Of a stretch of 64,000 bases of DNA, positions 38,879-48,924 are shown one piece after another. The stretch spans positions 74,270 to 138,269 of the forward strand of contig JBBRCZ010000008.1 in the NCBI GenBank assembly GCA_038204425.1. The letters are read 5' to 3'. The stretch's first letter is position 1. Every line of letters begins with the position of its first letter. The notes below the pieces were generated by a model, which worked only from the letters and a program-made list of their open reading frames with translations, did no database searches and had not been told where the DNA came from. Made by a program: the position numbers and the translations under genes. This stretch comes from Spirochaetia bacterium. GTDB lineage: Bacteria; Spirochaetota; Spirochaetia; DSM-27196; Salinispiraceae.

Positions 38879-40048
38879 TCAGAGGCTTGCTAGCGCTCTA
38901 ACAAGTTCTTCTGTCTTGTCCGTCCGTTCCCATGAAAATTCTGCTCGTCCAAAGTGGCCATAGGCAGCTGTTGCTGAGTAGATTGGTCGCTTGAGATCTA
39001 GTTGAGTAACTATTGCTGAGGGTCGCAGATCAAACACTTTTTGTACGGCTTTGGCTATCAGTTCATCGCTGGCAGTTCCTGTACCAAAGGTATCAACCAT
39101 CACACTGACCGGCAGATGGTAACCAATTGCATAGGCCAGCTGCAGTTCTGCTCGACTTGCTAGGCCAGCTGCAACGATGTTTTTGGCAACATAGCGCGCC
39201 ATGTAGGCCGCAGACCGGTCCACCTTAGATGGATCCTTACCAGAAAAAGCGCCGCCTCCGTGGCGGCCCATGCCACCGTAAGTGTCGACGATTATTTTTC
39301 TACCCGTTAGTCCGCTGTCGCCGTGCGGGCCGCCAATCACAAAGCGTCCTGTTGGGTTGACCAAAAATTTGGTATCGTCGTCGAGCAGACCACTTGGTTC
39401 CAGAATGGGCCGAATAATTTTTGCTATTATGGTTTGCTTGAGTTCCTCGTGGCTAACCTCATTATCATGTTGATGACTTAAAACGACAGCTGAGATTCTT
39501 TTTGGCTTATAGTCCTCGTACTCGATACTGACTTGACTCTTGGCATCGGGACGCAACCACGTTATCTCGCCGGCTTTTCTGAGCTTAGCAGCATGTTGCA
39601 TTAGTTTGTGTGAATACATAATTGGCGCTGGCATGAGCTCTTCTGTTTCGCTGCAGGCGAAGCCAAACATCATACCCTGATCGCCAGCGCCTTGCTCGCC
39701 GCCAGCGTCGCCTTTGCCGTCTACACCTTGGGCAATATCCGGGCTCTGTGCATGGATAGCGTTAAGTACCGACATCGATTCCCAATCTAATCCATAAGCT
39801 GGGTTATCATAGCCAATCCGTTTGGCCACTGTGCGCGCTACCTCTTGAATATCTACATAGGTTTTGGTGGTAATCTCACCACCAACCAAAATCAAACCAG
39901 TGGTGGTAAAGGTTTCACAAGCTACTCGACTGTTAGGATCAGCCGCAAGACAAGCATCGAGCACAGCATCGGATACTTGATCTGCAAGTTTGTCGGGATG
40001 ACCTTCTGATACCGACTCTGACGTAAAAACATACTTTCTAGTACTCAT
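38879..40048 (-). CDS. metK: S-adenosylmethionine synthetase
   Basis: [38 protein letters not shown]. Confidence 0.98.
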   Translation of the reverse strand: MSTRKYVFTSESVSEGHPDKLADQVSDAVLDACLAADPNSRVACETFTTTGLILVGGEITTKTYVDIQEVARTVAKRIGYDNPAYGLDWESMSVLNAIHAQSPDIAQGVDGKGDAGGEQGAGDQGMMFGFACSETEELMPAPIMYSHKLMQHAAKLRKAGEITWLRPDAKSQVSIEYEDYKPKRISAVVLSHQHDNEVSHEELKQTIIAKIIRPILEPSGLLDDDTKFLVNPTGRFVIGGPHGDSGLTGRKIIVDTYGGMGRHGGGAFSGKDPSKVDRSAAYMARYVAKNIVAAGLASRAELQLAYAIGYHLPVSVMVDTFGTGTASDELIAKAVQKVFDLRPSAIVTQLDLKRPIYSATAAYGHFGRAEFSWERTDKTEELVRALASL

Positions 40049-40094
40049 GAGCTAACACTCCCTTCTTAAGTCACAACCAAAGAATCACATACTT

Positions 40095-40122
40095 ATATCA
40101 CTACTTCATGATACGTTGATAT
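40095..40122. promoter_or_regulatory. Two overlapping ATATCA-N8-TGATAT-like palindromes upstream of metK (candidate SahR/ArsR-type operator)
   Basis: ATATCA-ctacttca-TGATAC (40095-40114) and ACTTCA-tgatacgt-TGATAT (40103-40122). Confidence 0.4.
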
Positions 40123-40231
40123 ACAAACTTTTGCAATATATCTGCTTAGCTATAAAGTGCTGTAAAAAAAGCTTGATGCAAACAGTAAAAAAAGTTAAAA
40201 CCTTGCTGATCTGTCTATACAAGGAAACTAT

Positions 40232-40513
40232 ATGTTAACTGTTAATGAATATTTTGAGGGTAAAGTCAAGTCGATCGGACTTAAAGCCCAAGGTAAAAAG
40301 GCCACTATCGGCGTGATGGAAGCCGGTGACTACGAGTTTGGTACCTCCACTCGTGAGGTCATGCAGATAGTCAGTGGGTCGATGCGCGTCAAACTACCTG
40401 GGGCCGCAGATTGGGTCAACTTTGATACTGGATCTTCTTTTGAAGTTGAGGCTGGCAAAAAATTTCAGCTCAAACTTGCTCAAGACAGCTCATATCTTTG
40501 CCTCTACGACTGA
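40232..40513 (+). CDS. ppnP: Pyrimidine/purine nucleoside phosphorylase (DUF1255)
   Basis: MLTVNEYFEGKVKSIG...ATIGVM..GDYEFGT...E.M...SYLCLY closely matches PpnP/YaiE. Confidence 0.92.
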   Translation: MLTVNEYFEGKVKSIGLKAQGKKATIGVMEAGDYEFGTSTREVMQIVSGSMRVKLPGAADWVNFDTGSSFEVEAGKKFQLKLAQDSSYLCLYD

Positions 40514-40528
40514 TGCCAGCCTCACAAG

Positions 40529-41494
40529 CTACTGTGAGAGCAGGTTGTGAGACACTAGAATTACTTTCTTGGTATCCTTGGCCAGTGTTATATGAAAACT
40601 GCCTTCTGAAGTAACGCCATTTTTAAGTTTTACAAAGCTAGAGTTCATGCTGCCTAGGTAGCTCAGCACGTTAGCTTTGCGCCTATAGAGGTGCAGTATA
40701 CCTTCCATTTCAAAGACCCCACCAAAAACCTGCCCCTTGGTCTCAAAACCAGGGAACTCGGAAGCACCATTGGAAGTAAACATCACGCCTGAATTTCCAA
40801 GGCCAAATAAGCCGCGGGCTTCAAATTTGATCCCCAACTGGCCTTTGCTAAGTCCTGCAATACTCTGATTCATGTTCATCATGGCGACGGTACCAAACTT
40901 GGGAATTCGTGCTTCTATGGTATATATGTGCACATTAAAGAGCTTGAGAAAAAGTTCGGCGTTTTCCTTTTCTGATAGTCCACTGGTACCAAAAGCGGCC
41001 GCTTCTATATCATCAGAAAAAGACCGGTAGAGTTCACCGTTTATAACTAGACCTTTTTGTTTATTGCCAGGTAGGGCCAATCGCAATTCAGTTCTAGAAG
41101 CTGCCTCGCGGATACCGCGAGAATCAAGATAGGTCAAAACAGGAAATCCTTGCGGGCTTTCATGGACAAAGGCCTCTGCAAAGTGGGTTCGATCAAAGAC
41201 CAAAGTGCTTGGAACAGACCTCAGCTCACTGCCTTGCTTAGAACTGCCAATACTGAGCAGGGTGCGAACCTTGACCTTGGGATAGATCTGAATACAAATA
41301 GTGGCAATAATCTTGTCGCGTTTCTCAAAAGAATAGAGTTCCATACGATAATTGTCGTTGGTAAATCGTGGTTGACCTTTGCCCAAGTCTCGATACCAAA
41401 CTCCTTCAAACTCAGAAGATTCCAAAGCCAGAAGTGGCCAAGCTGTAAGCATAGTCAGTACCAAAACCATGATTACTTGTTTTATTTTTTTCAT
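40529..41494 (-). CDS. Exported hypothetical protein
   Basis: 321-aa ORF with a signal peptide, directly downstream of the OmpA-family gene. No recognised motif. Confidence 0.7.
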   Translation of the reverse strand: MKKIKQVIMVLVLTMLTAWPLLALESSEFEGVWYRDLGKGQPRFTNDNYRMELYSFEKRDKIIATICIQIYPKVKVRTLLSIGSSKQGSELRSVPSTLVFDRTHFAEAFVHESPQGFPVLTYLDSRGIREAASRTELRLALPGNKQKGLVINGELYRSFSDDIEAAAFGTSGLSEKENAELFLKLFNVHIYTIEARIPKFGTVAMMNMNQSIAGLSKGQLGIKFEARGLFGLGNSGVMFTSNGASEFPGFETKGQVFGGVFEMEGILHLYRRKANVLSYLGSMNSSFVKLKNGVTSEGSFHITLAKDTKKVILVSHNLLSQ

Positions 41495-41495
41495 A

Positions 41496-42734
41496 TCAAT
41501 CCTTAAGTATAATTATTTCAACCCGGCGATTTTTTGCCCGGCCTTCTTCGGTCTCATTAGTCGCCAAGGCAACTGAACCACCTTTTCCTTCTATCAATAA
41601 GCGATCTGGCGCTATGCCACGCTTAAGCAGTTCTGCACTAATTTTGCGGGCACGTTCTAAAGACAGGCTAAGCTGACTTGCTTGGTCCCCAACTGCAGCA
41701 GTATGTCCCTGAACCAAAAGACTAGAACTTGCCACCGTCTTTAGTAAGGCTGCTATGGTGTCAAGTCTTTCTTCCTCACCACTGAGCAAAACAGCTTGGT
41801 CCGCCACAAAACGCAGGTTTTCTAGTTCTAAAACCGTACCTCGTTCTTCTTTTCTAATGCGTATATCTTTAAACTCTTGGTCTTCAATTCGCTTGGTAAC
41901 TTGCTCTACAAGCTGTTCGCGCTCACGTCGCTCACCAAAGGGAGCAATACCCTGGTAAAAAGTAAGTACAAAGCCTTCATTGAGCACCGTTTTGCCGTCC
42001 CGGTAGGTAACCGTTTCTTTGCCAAGTGTTTCACGCGCAAAAACTGGCTGGAGATCTTTGGCATCTAAATAAAGCTGGACATCCCGCGTGCCAAAAAGGC
42101 CACTTACCTCTGGGTTTTGAGGCAGGGGACTAAAACGCGGCATGCGAACAGCATACTTTCCCTTAACCTCAATAACTTGCCGCTTATTCCACAGCACCAA
42201 ACCTAGGATGGTGTATTCAACCAAAACTGGAACCTTTATAAGTCCACCGTCACCAAGTGGGTCAAGCATCAAGAACGCTGCTATTTTCCAAGCCTTGCCA
42301 GCTTTGATTTCTAAATCATTGGGCACACGTGGGATCCATGCGGGTCCCGCAGGCAGCGGCAAACTCTCGTTGCTAATGACGCCATCATTAGCAAGTACAA
42401 ATCGTGCTTGAATACTGTCGCGCAGTTCTTTAGGCGAGTTAGTTGGATCGACCTTTTCCTCGCGCCCAATCAAATAATCAGCGCGCAGCAAACCGCTTTG
42501 GCTTGGGTTAGAAACTGGTTCCATAATGATCAACTGATTGCCATAGAAAAGCCCTTGGTAATTGTTGTCTACGCGCCGTCTGACATTATAACGTTGAGAA
42601 ATTTTAATAATTCCATCGCCGGCTCGCTCATCTTGGATAAGCCCAGATCTTTCAAGCAAGACTTGACTTGTTAGAGGATCGATACTTGCAATGAGCAAAA
42701 GGACGAATAAACCAAGCCTCGGTAGTAACTGCAT
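41496..42734 (-). CDS. OmpA-family (peptidoglycan-binding C-terminal domain) exported protein
   Basis: Signal peptide. C-terminal LRFVADQA...VQGHTA...LSLERA...G.G......NRRVEIII. Confidence 0.88.
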   Translation of the reverse strand: MQLLPRLGLFVLLLIASIDPLTSQVLLERSGLIQDERAGDGIIKISQRYNVRRRVDNNYQGLFYGNQLIIMEPVSNPSQSGLLRADYLIGREEKVDPTNSPKELRDSIQARFVLANDGVISNESLPLPAGPAWIPRVPNDLEIKAGKAWKIAAFLMLDPLGDGGLIKVPVLVEYTILGLVLWNKRQVIEVKGKYAVRMPRFSPLPQNPEVSGLFGTRDVQLYLDAKDLQPVFARETLGKETVTYRDGKTVLNEGFVLTFYQGIAPFGERREREQLVEQVTKRIEDQEFKDIRIRKEERGTVLELENLRFVADQAVLLSGEEERLDTIAALLKTVASSSLLVQGHTAAVGDQASQLSLSLERARKISAELLKRGIAPDRLLIEGKGGSVALATNETEEGRAKNRRVEIIILKD

Positions 42735-42847
42735 GGTTTTAATATAGGCACGTTCCTAAACTTTTGATATCTTTTTGAGAGATTTTCGTTGGGATCGGCA
42801 TTATATCGAACTGCTCGGTCAATTAATTAAAGCAAGAGGCGGCATAT

Positions 42848-43651
42848 ATGAAGTTTAATCGACTCGTTTCTATAGTGGTGTTTTTTTTCTTGGTAGTAAG
42901 CGGACTTTACGCATTAACTAGCCTGCAGTACTTGTTGCCAAACATAGCTGCAGAAACCATCATGCCGCTGAGCAAGGCTAAAACCACCATCTGGGCTCAG
43001 AACGAAGACAGCGAAAAAGAACTACGCAGCGGAAGCATAAGTTCCAGCTGGGACCAAGAGAACAAATATTGGACGGTAAACACCGTAGATGAACTAAGCA
43101 CTAGCAGTTTGCGTGTTTCGGCGCAAGGAGAACTGATCAACTTTAGTGTTGCGACAAAGGACCAACGACAGATTAAACGCAATAAATATGACCACCTGAC
43201 CATACAAAAGTCTAGTGCTCGGCAGTACGTTTTTTCTAAATCTTTGCAACAAAAAAAAGAACAACCAAGCATACATAACTTGACAGAAAAGGAAGTTCTG
43301 TTTGCAGTTTTGCCCTATCAAGTGCAGCGACTGCTCAAGGCAAAAGTTAAAGATGGCGTTAACTTGGACCTAGTGATTACCAATAATCTAAGCGTCAACT
43401 TTGACCTCGCATTTATGGCTGTCGATCCCAACAAACCCTTGCCAGGTAAATATGATTTCCCCAAAGCCTTTCTTGACAGTCTCAAGCAACACTCGAGCCT
43501 CAACGTAATTGAAACAGGGGCCACCGGCATTGCAGGACTGATCTACCCTCACAAATTTTATCTGGCCTTTGGCCCTGCACCGGACTATTTGCCATTGGCC
43601 TCCTGGGGTGGTGAGCCGGGCAAAGACTTTTTTCAGGTCAGCGAACTATAG
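42848..43651 (+). CDS. Exported hypothetical protein
   Basis: 267-aa ORF with a signal peptide and GAGG RBS. No recognised motif. Confidence 0.7.
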   Translation: MKFNRLVSIVVFFFLVVSGLYALTSLQYLLPNIAAETIMPLSKAKTTIWAQNEDSEKELRSGSISSSWDQENKYWTVNTVDELSTSSLRVSAQGELINFSVATKDQRQIKRNKYDHLTIQKSSARQYVFSKSLQQKKEQPSIHNLTEKEVLFAVLPYQVQRLLKAKVKDGVNLDLVITNNLSVNFDLAFMAVDPNKPLPGKYDFPKAFLDSLKQHSSLNVIETGATGIAGLIYPHKFYLAFGPAPDYLPLASWGGEPGKDFFQVSEL

Positions 43652-43676
43652 GGTTGGCTCAACTCTGGCAGCCTTG

Positions 43677-44603
43677 CTATTTGCGGCGACTTCTTGCTAA
43701 GGCGAGTTCGGCGACTATCTGGGCTGAGCTCTTTTGCCAACGCTCTTTGACATAGTCTTCCATAGTCGCAAAGCGGTAGCCGGCCTGCTTAAGTTCTGTA
43801 ATAATGTGAGGAAGTGCGCCGATCGAAGTTGGATGTATGTCATGCATCAAAACCACAAAACCCAAACCGCCGAGCGCATTCTGAAGGATCTGTTTTTTTA
43901 TGCGCTCTACCTTGATTGCAAAGGTGAGCAGTTTGGGCTGGTAGCTTTCATTGGGCTCAAACCACTCGCCGCGCGTCCAATCGGCACTATCCCGAGAATC
44001 GCCCTCCCAAGTCCACAACATGGGCAGGCCGCGGCGCTGCAGCAAAGCTAACATTGCATCTTTGCGACTTTGTCGATAGTTGCTAAACCAAGGCCCACCA
44101 AAGGGTGGCCTAATGAGCGTCATTGCCGGTGCCTTATCGCCGAGTATTCGATTGAGTTCTGTTTGGTTTATGTCGAGCTCTGCGAGAACTTGGGCTTGGC
44201 TAAGCCCCATAAGATTGGGATGAGAAGCGGTGTGGTTGCCAATAATGTGACCTTCATCAACCATACGTTCAAGCGCTTCTGGATAAAGCTCAAAAAGGCT
44301 CGGACCAGAACTGTGCAAGCTCTGTCCCCAACGGGAACAAACAAAGAAGGTCGCTTTAATGTTTTCTTGCTTGAGCACGTCAAGCACTTGCTGAGTAAAT
44401 GGACCGGGACCGTCGTCAAAACTGAGATAGACTGTCCGATCTGGGAGCGCGTCACCATGGAAGAAACGGTAGTCTTTACTGGAAACGGTTTGTTTTTTTT
44501 GAGCGGTCACAGTGGTCGGGGAGCCGGCACCTAGCTGGCTAAGCGCCGGCATTCCTAGGCCAAGTATAATGAGCAGAAGCATGTTGACTGATAGCATTCT
44601 CAT
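43677..44603 (-). CDS. Polysaccharide deacetylase (CE4/NodB)
   Basis: YLSFDDGP, ATFFV, GNHTASHP, RPPFG, LMHD. Start moved to ATG 44603. Confidence 0.9.
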   Translation of the reverse strand: MRMLSVNMLLLIILGLGMPALSQLGAGSPTTVTAQKKQTVSSKDYRFFHGDALPDRTVYLSFDDGPGPFTQQVLDVLKQENIKATFFVCSRWGQSLHSSGPSLFELYPEALERMVDEGHIIGNHTASHPNLMGLSQAQVLAELDINQTELNRILGDKAPAMTLIRPPFGGPWFSNYRQSRKDAMLALLQRRGLPMLWTWEGDSRDSADWTRGEWFEPNESYQPKLLTFAIKVERIKKQILQNALGGLGFVVLMHDIHPTSIGALPHIITELKQAGYRFATMEDYVKERWQKSSAQIVAELALARSRRK

Positions 44604-44607
44604 TGCT

Positions 44608-45324
44608 TCAAGTATCGGCACTATTCTCAAATCGATAACCAAGTCCTTGCACGGTATGAATAAACTGAACATTTTTGGGATTTTTTTCTAACTTTTTGCG
44701 CAGCTGGGCTATGTGTTGATCAAGCGTTCTACTCAAAGGCGCTTGCTCAAGATCCCAACAGCGTCTAAAGAACTGCGCCCGGCTAACCACCTTGCCCTCG
44801 TTTTCGGCCAAGACTTGCAACATCAGGAGTTCTCGTGGCACGAGGTCAACCCGCAGACTGTCCCAGTTTGCACGAAGACTTGCCGGGCTAATTGTCCATG
44901 GACCAAAGGCAAAATCCTGGGCGGTAGCTTCAATGGGTATTGGTTTATCATGGGAACCAAACCTGTTTTGGCGCCGCATAATGGCGCGCACTCTTGCGCT
45001 TAGTTCGCGGACGCCAAAAGGCTTAACTATAAAGTCGTCAGCTCCCAATTCTAGTCCCAGCACCTTATCTATCTCTTCGCTTTTGGCGCTAATAAACAGC
45101 ACCGGGATGCTGCTATCTTTTTTTCTAATCTCTTTGCAGACATCGTAACCAGATAGCCCTGGCATCATTACGTCGAGGCAGACTAAGTCAAACGTGTCGG
45201 CGGCAAAAGCGAGCAAAGCGTTCTTGCCATCCGCATAAGCTCTGACTTGCCAACCTTCTTCTTCAAAAATGGTCTTGAGCGCTTCTCGTGTATATAGGTC
45301 ATCTTCGGCGCAAAGAACTTTCAT
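44608..45324 (-). CDS. OmpR/PhoB-family response regulator
   Basis: EDD, LDVMMP, GLELGADDFIVKPF, C-terminal winged helix (RTLDQHIAQLRKKLE...TVQGLGYRF). Confidence 0.95.
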   Translation of the reverse strand: MKVLCAEDDLYTREALKTIFEEEGWQVRAYADGKNALLAFAADTFDLVCLDVMMPGLSGYDVCKEIRKKDSSIPVLFISAKSEEIDKVLGLELGADDFIVKPFGVRELSARVRAIMRRQNRFGSHDKPIPIEATAQDFAFGPWTISPASLRANWDSLRVDLVPRELLMLQVLAENEGKVVSRAQFFRRCWDLEQAPLSRTLDQHIAQLRKKLEKNPKNVQFIHTVQGLGYRFENSADT

Positions 45325-46896
45325 CTAGGCCTCCTTGGAAACTTCATCTGCTCGCAAACTAAACCAGAACCTCGCCCCACCGCCGGGGTTGGCAAGATAG
45401 CCAGCATCCCCGCCGTGGGCTCGTGCCAAGTCCCTGACTATCGCGAGGCCAAGTCCCGCGCCGCCTACGCCGTCAGTATGACGGGTGTGGAACCGTTCAA
45501 AGGGCAAAAATGCTTTACTTAGTGCGTGTGGCGGCAAGCCTGGGCCGCGATCGCTGACGGTCACGGTAGCAGTACCATCTTTGTAGACGCTTGCAAGTTC
45601 TACCGAATGCCCATCGCGGGCGTATTTTTCGGCGTTACTCAACAGATTGCCCAGCATCTGGTCCAGCCAGTCTGCATCAAAAATACAGCCTCCGGGGCAG
45701 GCAAGTTTAAAGCTTAAATCTAAGCCTTTCTCGTAAAAGCTGGCGGCAAAACTTTCGGCAGAGAGCCGCACGGCATCGTCAATTATGCCCTCGCGCAGGT
45801 TAGGTTTGTCGGCTTTTTGGCGTCTTCCAAAGGTTAATACGTTGTGAATAAGCCGACTTAGCTTACGACCCTCACGCAAAATGATGGCACTATATTCTCG
45901 CTCTTTGACAAGGGTGCCAGCAGGTTCTTTAGCAAAGCGGCTCTCGAGCAACTCAGCATAGAGCCGTATGTTGGTTAAGGGCGTCTTTAATTCGTGCGAG
46001 ACTTGGTTAACAAAGCTCACTCGCTGGCCAGCTTCTTGCAATTGTTTGGAAATGCTGTTTCTAAGTAGCATAAAGACCCACACAAAAACAGCTACTATCA
46101 AGCCAATGCCGAGTCCAAGCCACAGTCGAGGATCAAACTGATCATTGATAGCCTCAAGTCCGGCCTTCCACTCAAATGACCAGCCGCGCAGTGCTGCGCT
46201 TAAGTTGCTGTTTACCACAATTGGCCTGCTATCTTCTGCAAAAGTCGCGCGACCCCAGCTGAGAAAAACCTTGTTTTGGTCGTCGTAGAGCGCGATGTAA
46301 TGCTGAGTTTGCTCTTCTGAAGAAAGCCAAGCACGGCTCAAGCGGGCAACTAGGTCGGCAAGTAAAGCATTACGTTCGACCTCAAGCACGATAAATCCCT
46401 TGCTTGCAAGTGGGTCCCGCGGCAGCCAATATAAAAGTTGAACGCCGTCATGCCAATAGAACTCTTGCCAGCCTCCTCGCGGGTCGTAACGGCCGCTCTC
46501 AGGTACGGTTGGCACCCAGGATGCACTCAAGAGATTGGCGCTACGCACGAAAAATTCTTGTTCTTTGACACTTGCTGGACGCCCGTTGGGTATTTCTATC
46601 CGACCTTTGGGGTCTAACCCGACCAAGGCTCGCACCCAAGGTTCGGCTTCTGCTTGTTGGTGGATTTGGTCAGGATTAGCTCTTGCCTTTTGCGTGATCT
46701 CCAAGAGTTTTTGTTGCCACTGCGCTTGCGCCTGCGTGCTCAGTTGCTCAAGCACCATCAGTCGATCTGCCAAAATAGCAGAGGCCCGCATGCGGGCCTT
46801 GCCTTCATCTACATTTATTTGCCAAACGCCAAGCACAAGCACAGCAACCAGCGGTATGAGCACCATCAGACTTGCCAATGCTGTTGTTCGTTTCAT
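45325..46896 (-). CDS. Membrane sensor histidine kinase
   Basis: Two TM helices flanking a periplasmic domain. SHELKTPL H-box, NLLSNAEKY, DRGPG, GAGLGL. Confidence 0.95.
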   Translation of the reverse strand: MKRTTALASLMVLIPLVAVLVLGVWQINVDEGKARMRASAILADRLMVLEQLSTQAQAQWQQKLLEITQKARANPDQIHQQAEAEPWVRALVGLDPKGRIEIPNGRPASVKEQEFFVRSANLLSASWVPTVPESGRYDPRGGWQEFYWHDGVQLLYWLPRDPLASKGFIVLEVERNALLADLVARLSRAWLSSEEQTQHYIALYDDQNKVFLSWGRATFAEDSRPIVVNSNLSAALRGWSFEWKAGLEAINDQFDPRLWLGLGIGLIVAVFVWVFMLLRNSISKQLQEAGQRVSFVNQVSHELKTPLTNIRLYAELLESRFAKEPAGTLVKEREYSAIILREGRKLSRLIHNVLTFGRRQKADKPNLREGIIDDAVRLSAESFAASFYEKGLDLSFKLACPGGCIFDADWLDQMLGNLLSNAEKYARDGHSVELASVYKDGTATVTVSDRGPGLPPHALSKAFLPFERFHTRHTDGVGGAGLGLAIVRDLARAHGGDAGYLANPGGGARFWFSLRADEVSKEA

Positions 46897-46926
46897 GTGC
46901 GTGCTCCTGCTCTGTATAGTAGCTTA

Positions 46927-48261
46927 TCAATAAGACTGCTGGCTACGGTTTCTATTCTGCTGTTCGCGCATGGTCTTGCGTTGACTGTCCCAGTCTTCAT
47001 TATCAAGACTGGCGGCGGCACCTTCGTTTGAGCGCGCATAGTCTTGTAAGGCTGGACTGTTGAGCTCGGCAGCTGCTTGTTGCAACTCGACTACATTTGA
47101 CTCTAAGATCTTGCGAGCTTCGTCAGTTTTGCCTTCGTCCCGCAGCTGCAAGGCACGTTCGTTGGCTTCGGTGGCAAGTTGTAGCACTACTTGTTCCTTG
47201 ACTGGCTTATTGACGCTCGAGCTGATTTTTTGTCTATCAGCACTAAACGAAACCCTGCCGACCTGGCTGGAAGACTCTCTTTTTTGATTGCTTACGTTGA
47301 GGTACTCGGCACGTGCATTGGCAACCACAAGGTTTTGACCATTGCTTCCGGCTGGAATTTCGAGTTCGATCAAGACGTATTTTTCTTGTGAACTCAGCAC
47401 CTGATTGAGTTGCAAGCGTACTTCTCTGTCTCGAATATCGCCGTCGCGGTTCATCAAACGGATAGGACGCACGCCAGGTGCGCACTCAATAATGATGTTT
47501 ATGTCGGTGGCAGCAATGGCCATCGCATCTTTAAACTCTGCATCAAATATACGAACCAAGTCACTTGGTTGTTCTACAAACGAATGGTTGCCATCGCTTT
47601 TAGCGGCAAGTTTTACCATCAAGTCTTCGTTGTAACCGGTACCAAGACCAATGGTGGTCACGCTAATTCCTTCTTTGCGGAGCGACGCACCTAAGTCTCC
47701 CAGCGCATTGGGCGAGTCTGGCCCTACATTGGCAATCCCGTCAGACAGGAGCACCACGCGGTTAACTTGGTTGCGAGAGATAAACTTACGAACTTCCCCT
47801 GCACCCAAGGATACGCCTGCAAACAAAGCTGTGGCTCCACCGGTGCGTATGCCTTCAATCTGGGATTGAATGCTTGAGATATTGCTTGCCCGCGTTGCTG
47901 GAACAAGCACTTCTGCTTGATCGTCGTACACGATAACCGACACAATATCCCGCGGGCTCAAGAGTGAAACTGCATAGCTTGCTGCTTGTTTGGCCCGACG
48001 AAGTTTGTCGCCTTCCATCGATCCTGAACGGTCGAGTACAATAGCAACGTTAATGATTGGTCGTTGCACGCTGGTCAGCTCTTGACCGACCAAGCCAACT
48101 TTGAGGTATACTTTCTGAGCTGGACCGGCCAAGACTTGCGCTTGATCGAGTCCAATATCCAGCTTGACCGCTTGAGCGGATGCCAAAGCAAGTGAGCCAA
48201 ACAAAAAAACCAAGACGAAAATGCTCATGCCTAAACGATTACGGTTAGTCATAGTGTTCAT
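46927..48261 (-). CDS. Exported von Willebrand factor A (VWA) domain protein, YfbK-like
   Basis: Signal peptide. MIDAS DRSGSM, GGATAL, LLSDG.AN.G, TIGLG..YNE.LM. AGGAGG RBS. Confidence 0.9.
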   Translation of the reverse strand: MNTMTNRNRLGMSIFVLVFLFGSLALASAQAVKLDIGLDQAQVLAGPAQKVYLKVGLVGQELTSVQRPIINVAIVLDRSGSMEGDKLRRAKQAASYAVSLLSPRDIVSVIVYDDQAEVLVPATRASNISSIQSQIEGIRTGGATALFAGVSLGAGEVRKFISRNQVNRVVLLSDGIANVGPDSPNALGDLGASLRKEGISVTTIGLGTGYNEDLMVKLAAKSDGNHSFVEQPSDLVRIFDAEFKDAMAIAATDINIIIECAPGVRPIRLMNRDGDIRDREVRLQLNQVLSSQEKYVLIELEIPAGSNGQNLVVANARAEYLNVSNQKRESSSQVGRVSFSADRQKISSSVNKPVKEQVVLQLATEANERALQLRDEGKTDEARKILESNVVELQQAAAELNSPALQDYARSNEGAAASLDNEDWDSQRKTMREQQNRNRSQQSY

Positions 48262-48323
48262 AATATCCTCCTTATAAGGAAAACGCTATCTTCCTAAGCA
48301 TAGCCGCTTACGTGAGAAATGAG

Positions 48324-48363
48324 GTCAAACTAGCGTAAGTCTTTTGTAAAAGCATTGTAAAGT
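48324..48363. promoter_or_regulatory. Four direct repeats phased 11 bp apart (GTCAA, GTAAG, GTAAA, GTAAA); candidate OmpR-family binding site
   Basis: Motif starts at 48324, 48335, 48346 and 48357, upstream of the VWA-HK-RR operon. Confidence 0.55.
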
Positions 48364-48418
48364 TTTTCGCTTAAAATAGCTCTTGACTTCTTGCAAGCGA
48401 AAAAGCAGACTTGGCCTT

Positions 48419-48889
48419 ATGGACGATCTCACACTGTTGCAGGGTGTTTCACTTTTTTCTCGCTTGGATCTGCGCCACTTAAAGGCAATTCTCAAAGCAT
48501 GCACCAAAAGGGTATACGAAAAAGACGCACTTTTGGTAGAACAAGGCAATCCCGGCATTGGTTTGTTTATTATCCTCGATGGAGAAGTTCGCATTCAAAA
48601 GATTCTTGCCAATCAAAAATCAGTGACTATCGCCAACAATGGCCCCGGTGACGTAATTGGAGAAATGAGCGTACTTGATGGCGCACTGCGAACAGCGAGC
48701 GTCATTGCCGAAAAAAAGACAAGCTGTTTGGTTCTCTCAGCTTGGAGCTTTAAATCTTTGTTAGAAACTCACCCCGAAGTTGCGCTTGGAATTTTGCCCG
48801 TAGTAGTACAACGCTTTCGCGAAACCAACCACGCGCTCTTGGAACTATCACTTAAATTGGAACACACAAGCGCTGACGCTGTGCCTTGA
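48419..48889 (+). CDS. Stand-alone cyclic nucleotide-binding domain protein
   Basis: EQGNPG..LFIILDGEV, GPGDVIGEMSVLDGALRTASV. No HTH follows. Start moved to ATG 48419. Confidence 0.88.
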   Translation: MDDLTLLQGVSLFSRLDLRHLKAILKACTKRVYEKDALLVEQGNPGIGLFIILDGEVRIQKILANQKSVTIANNGPGDVIGEMSVLDGALRTASVIAEKKTSCLVLSAWSFKSLLETHPEVALGILPVVVQRFRETNHALLELSLKLEHTSADAVP

Positions 48890-48924
48890 TTGCTGTCTTG
48901 GGCGCAAACGGGTATACTACTCGG

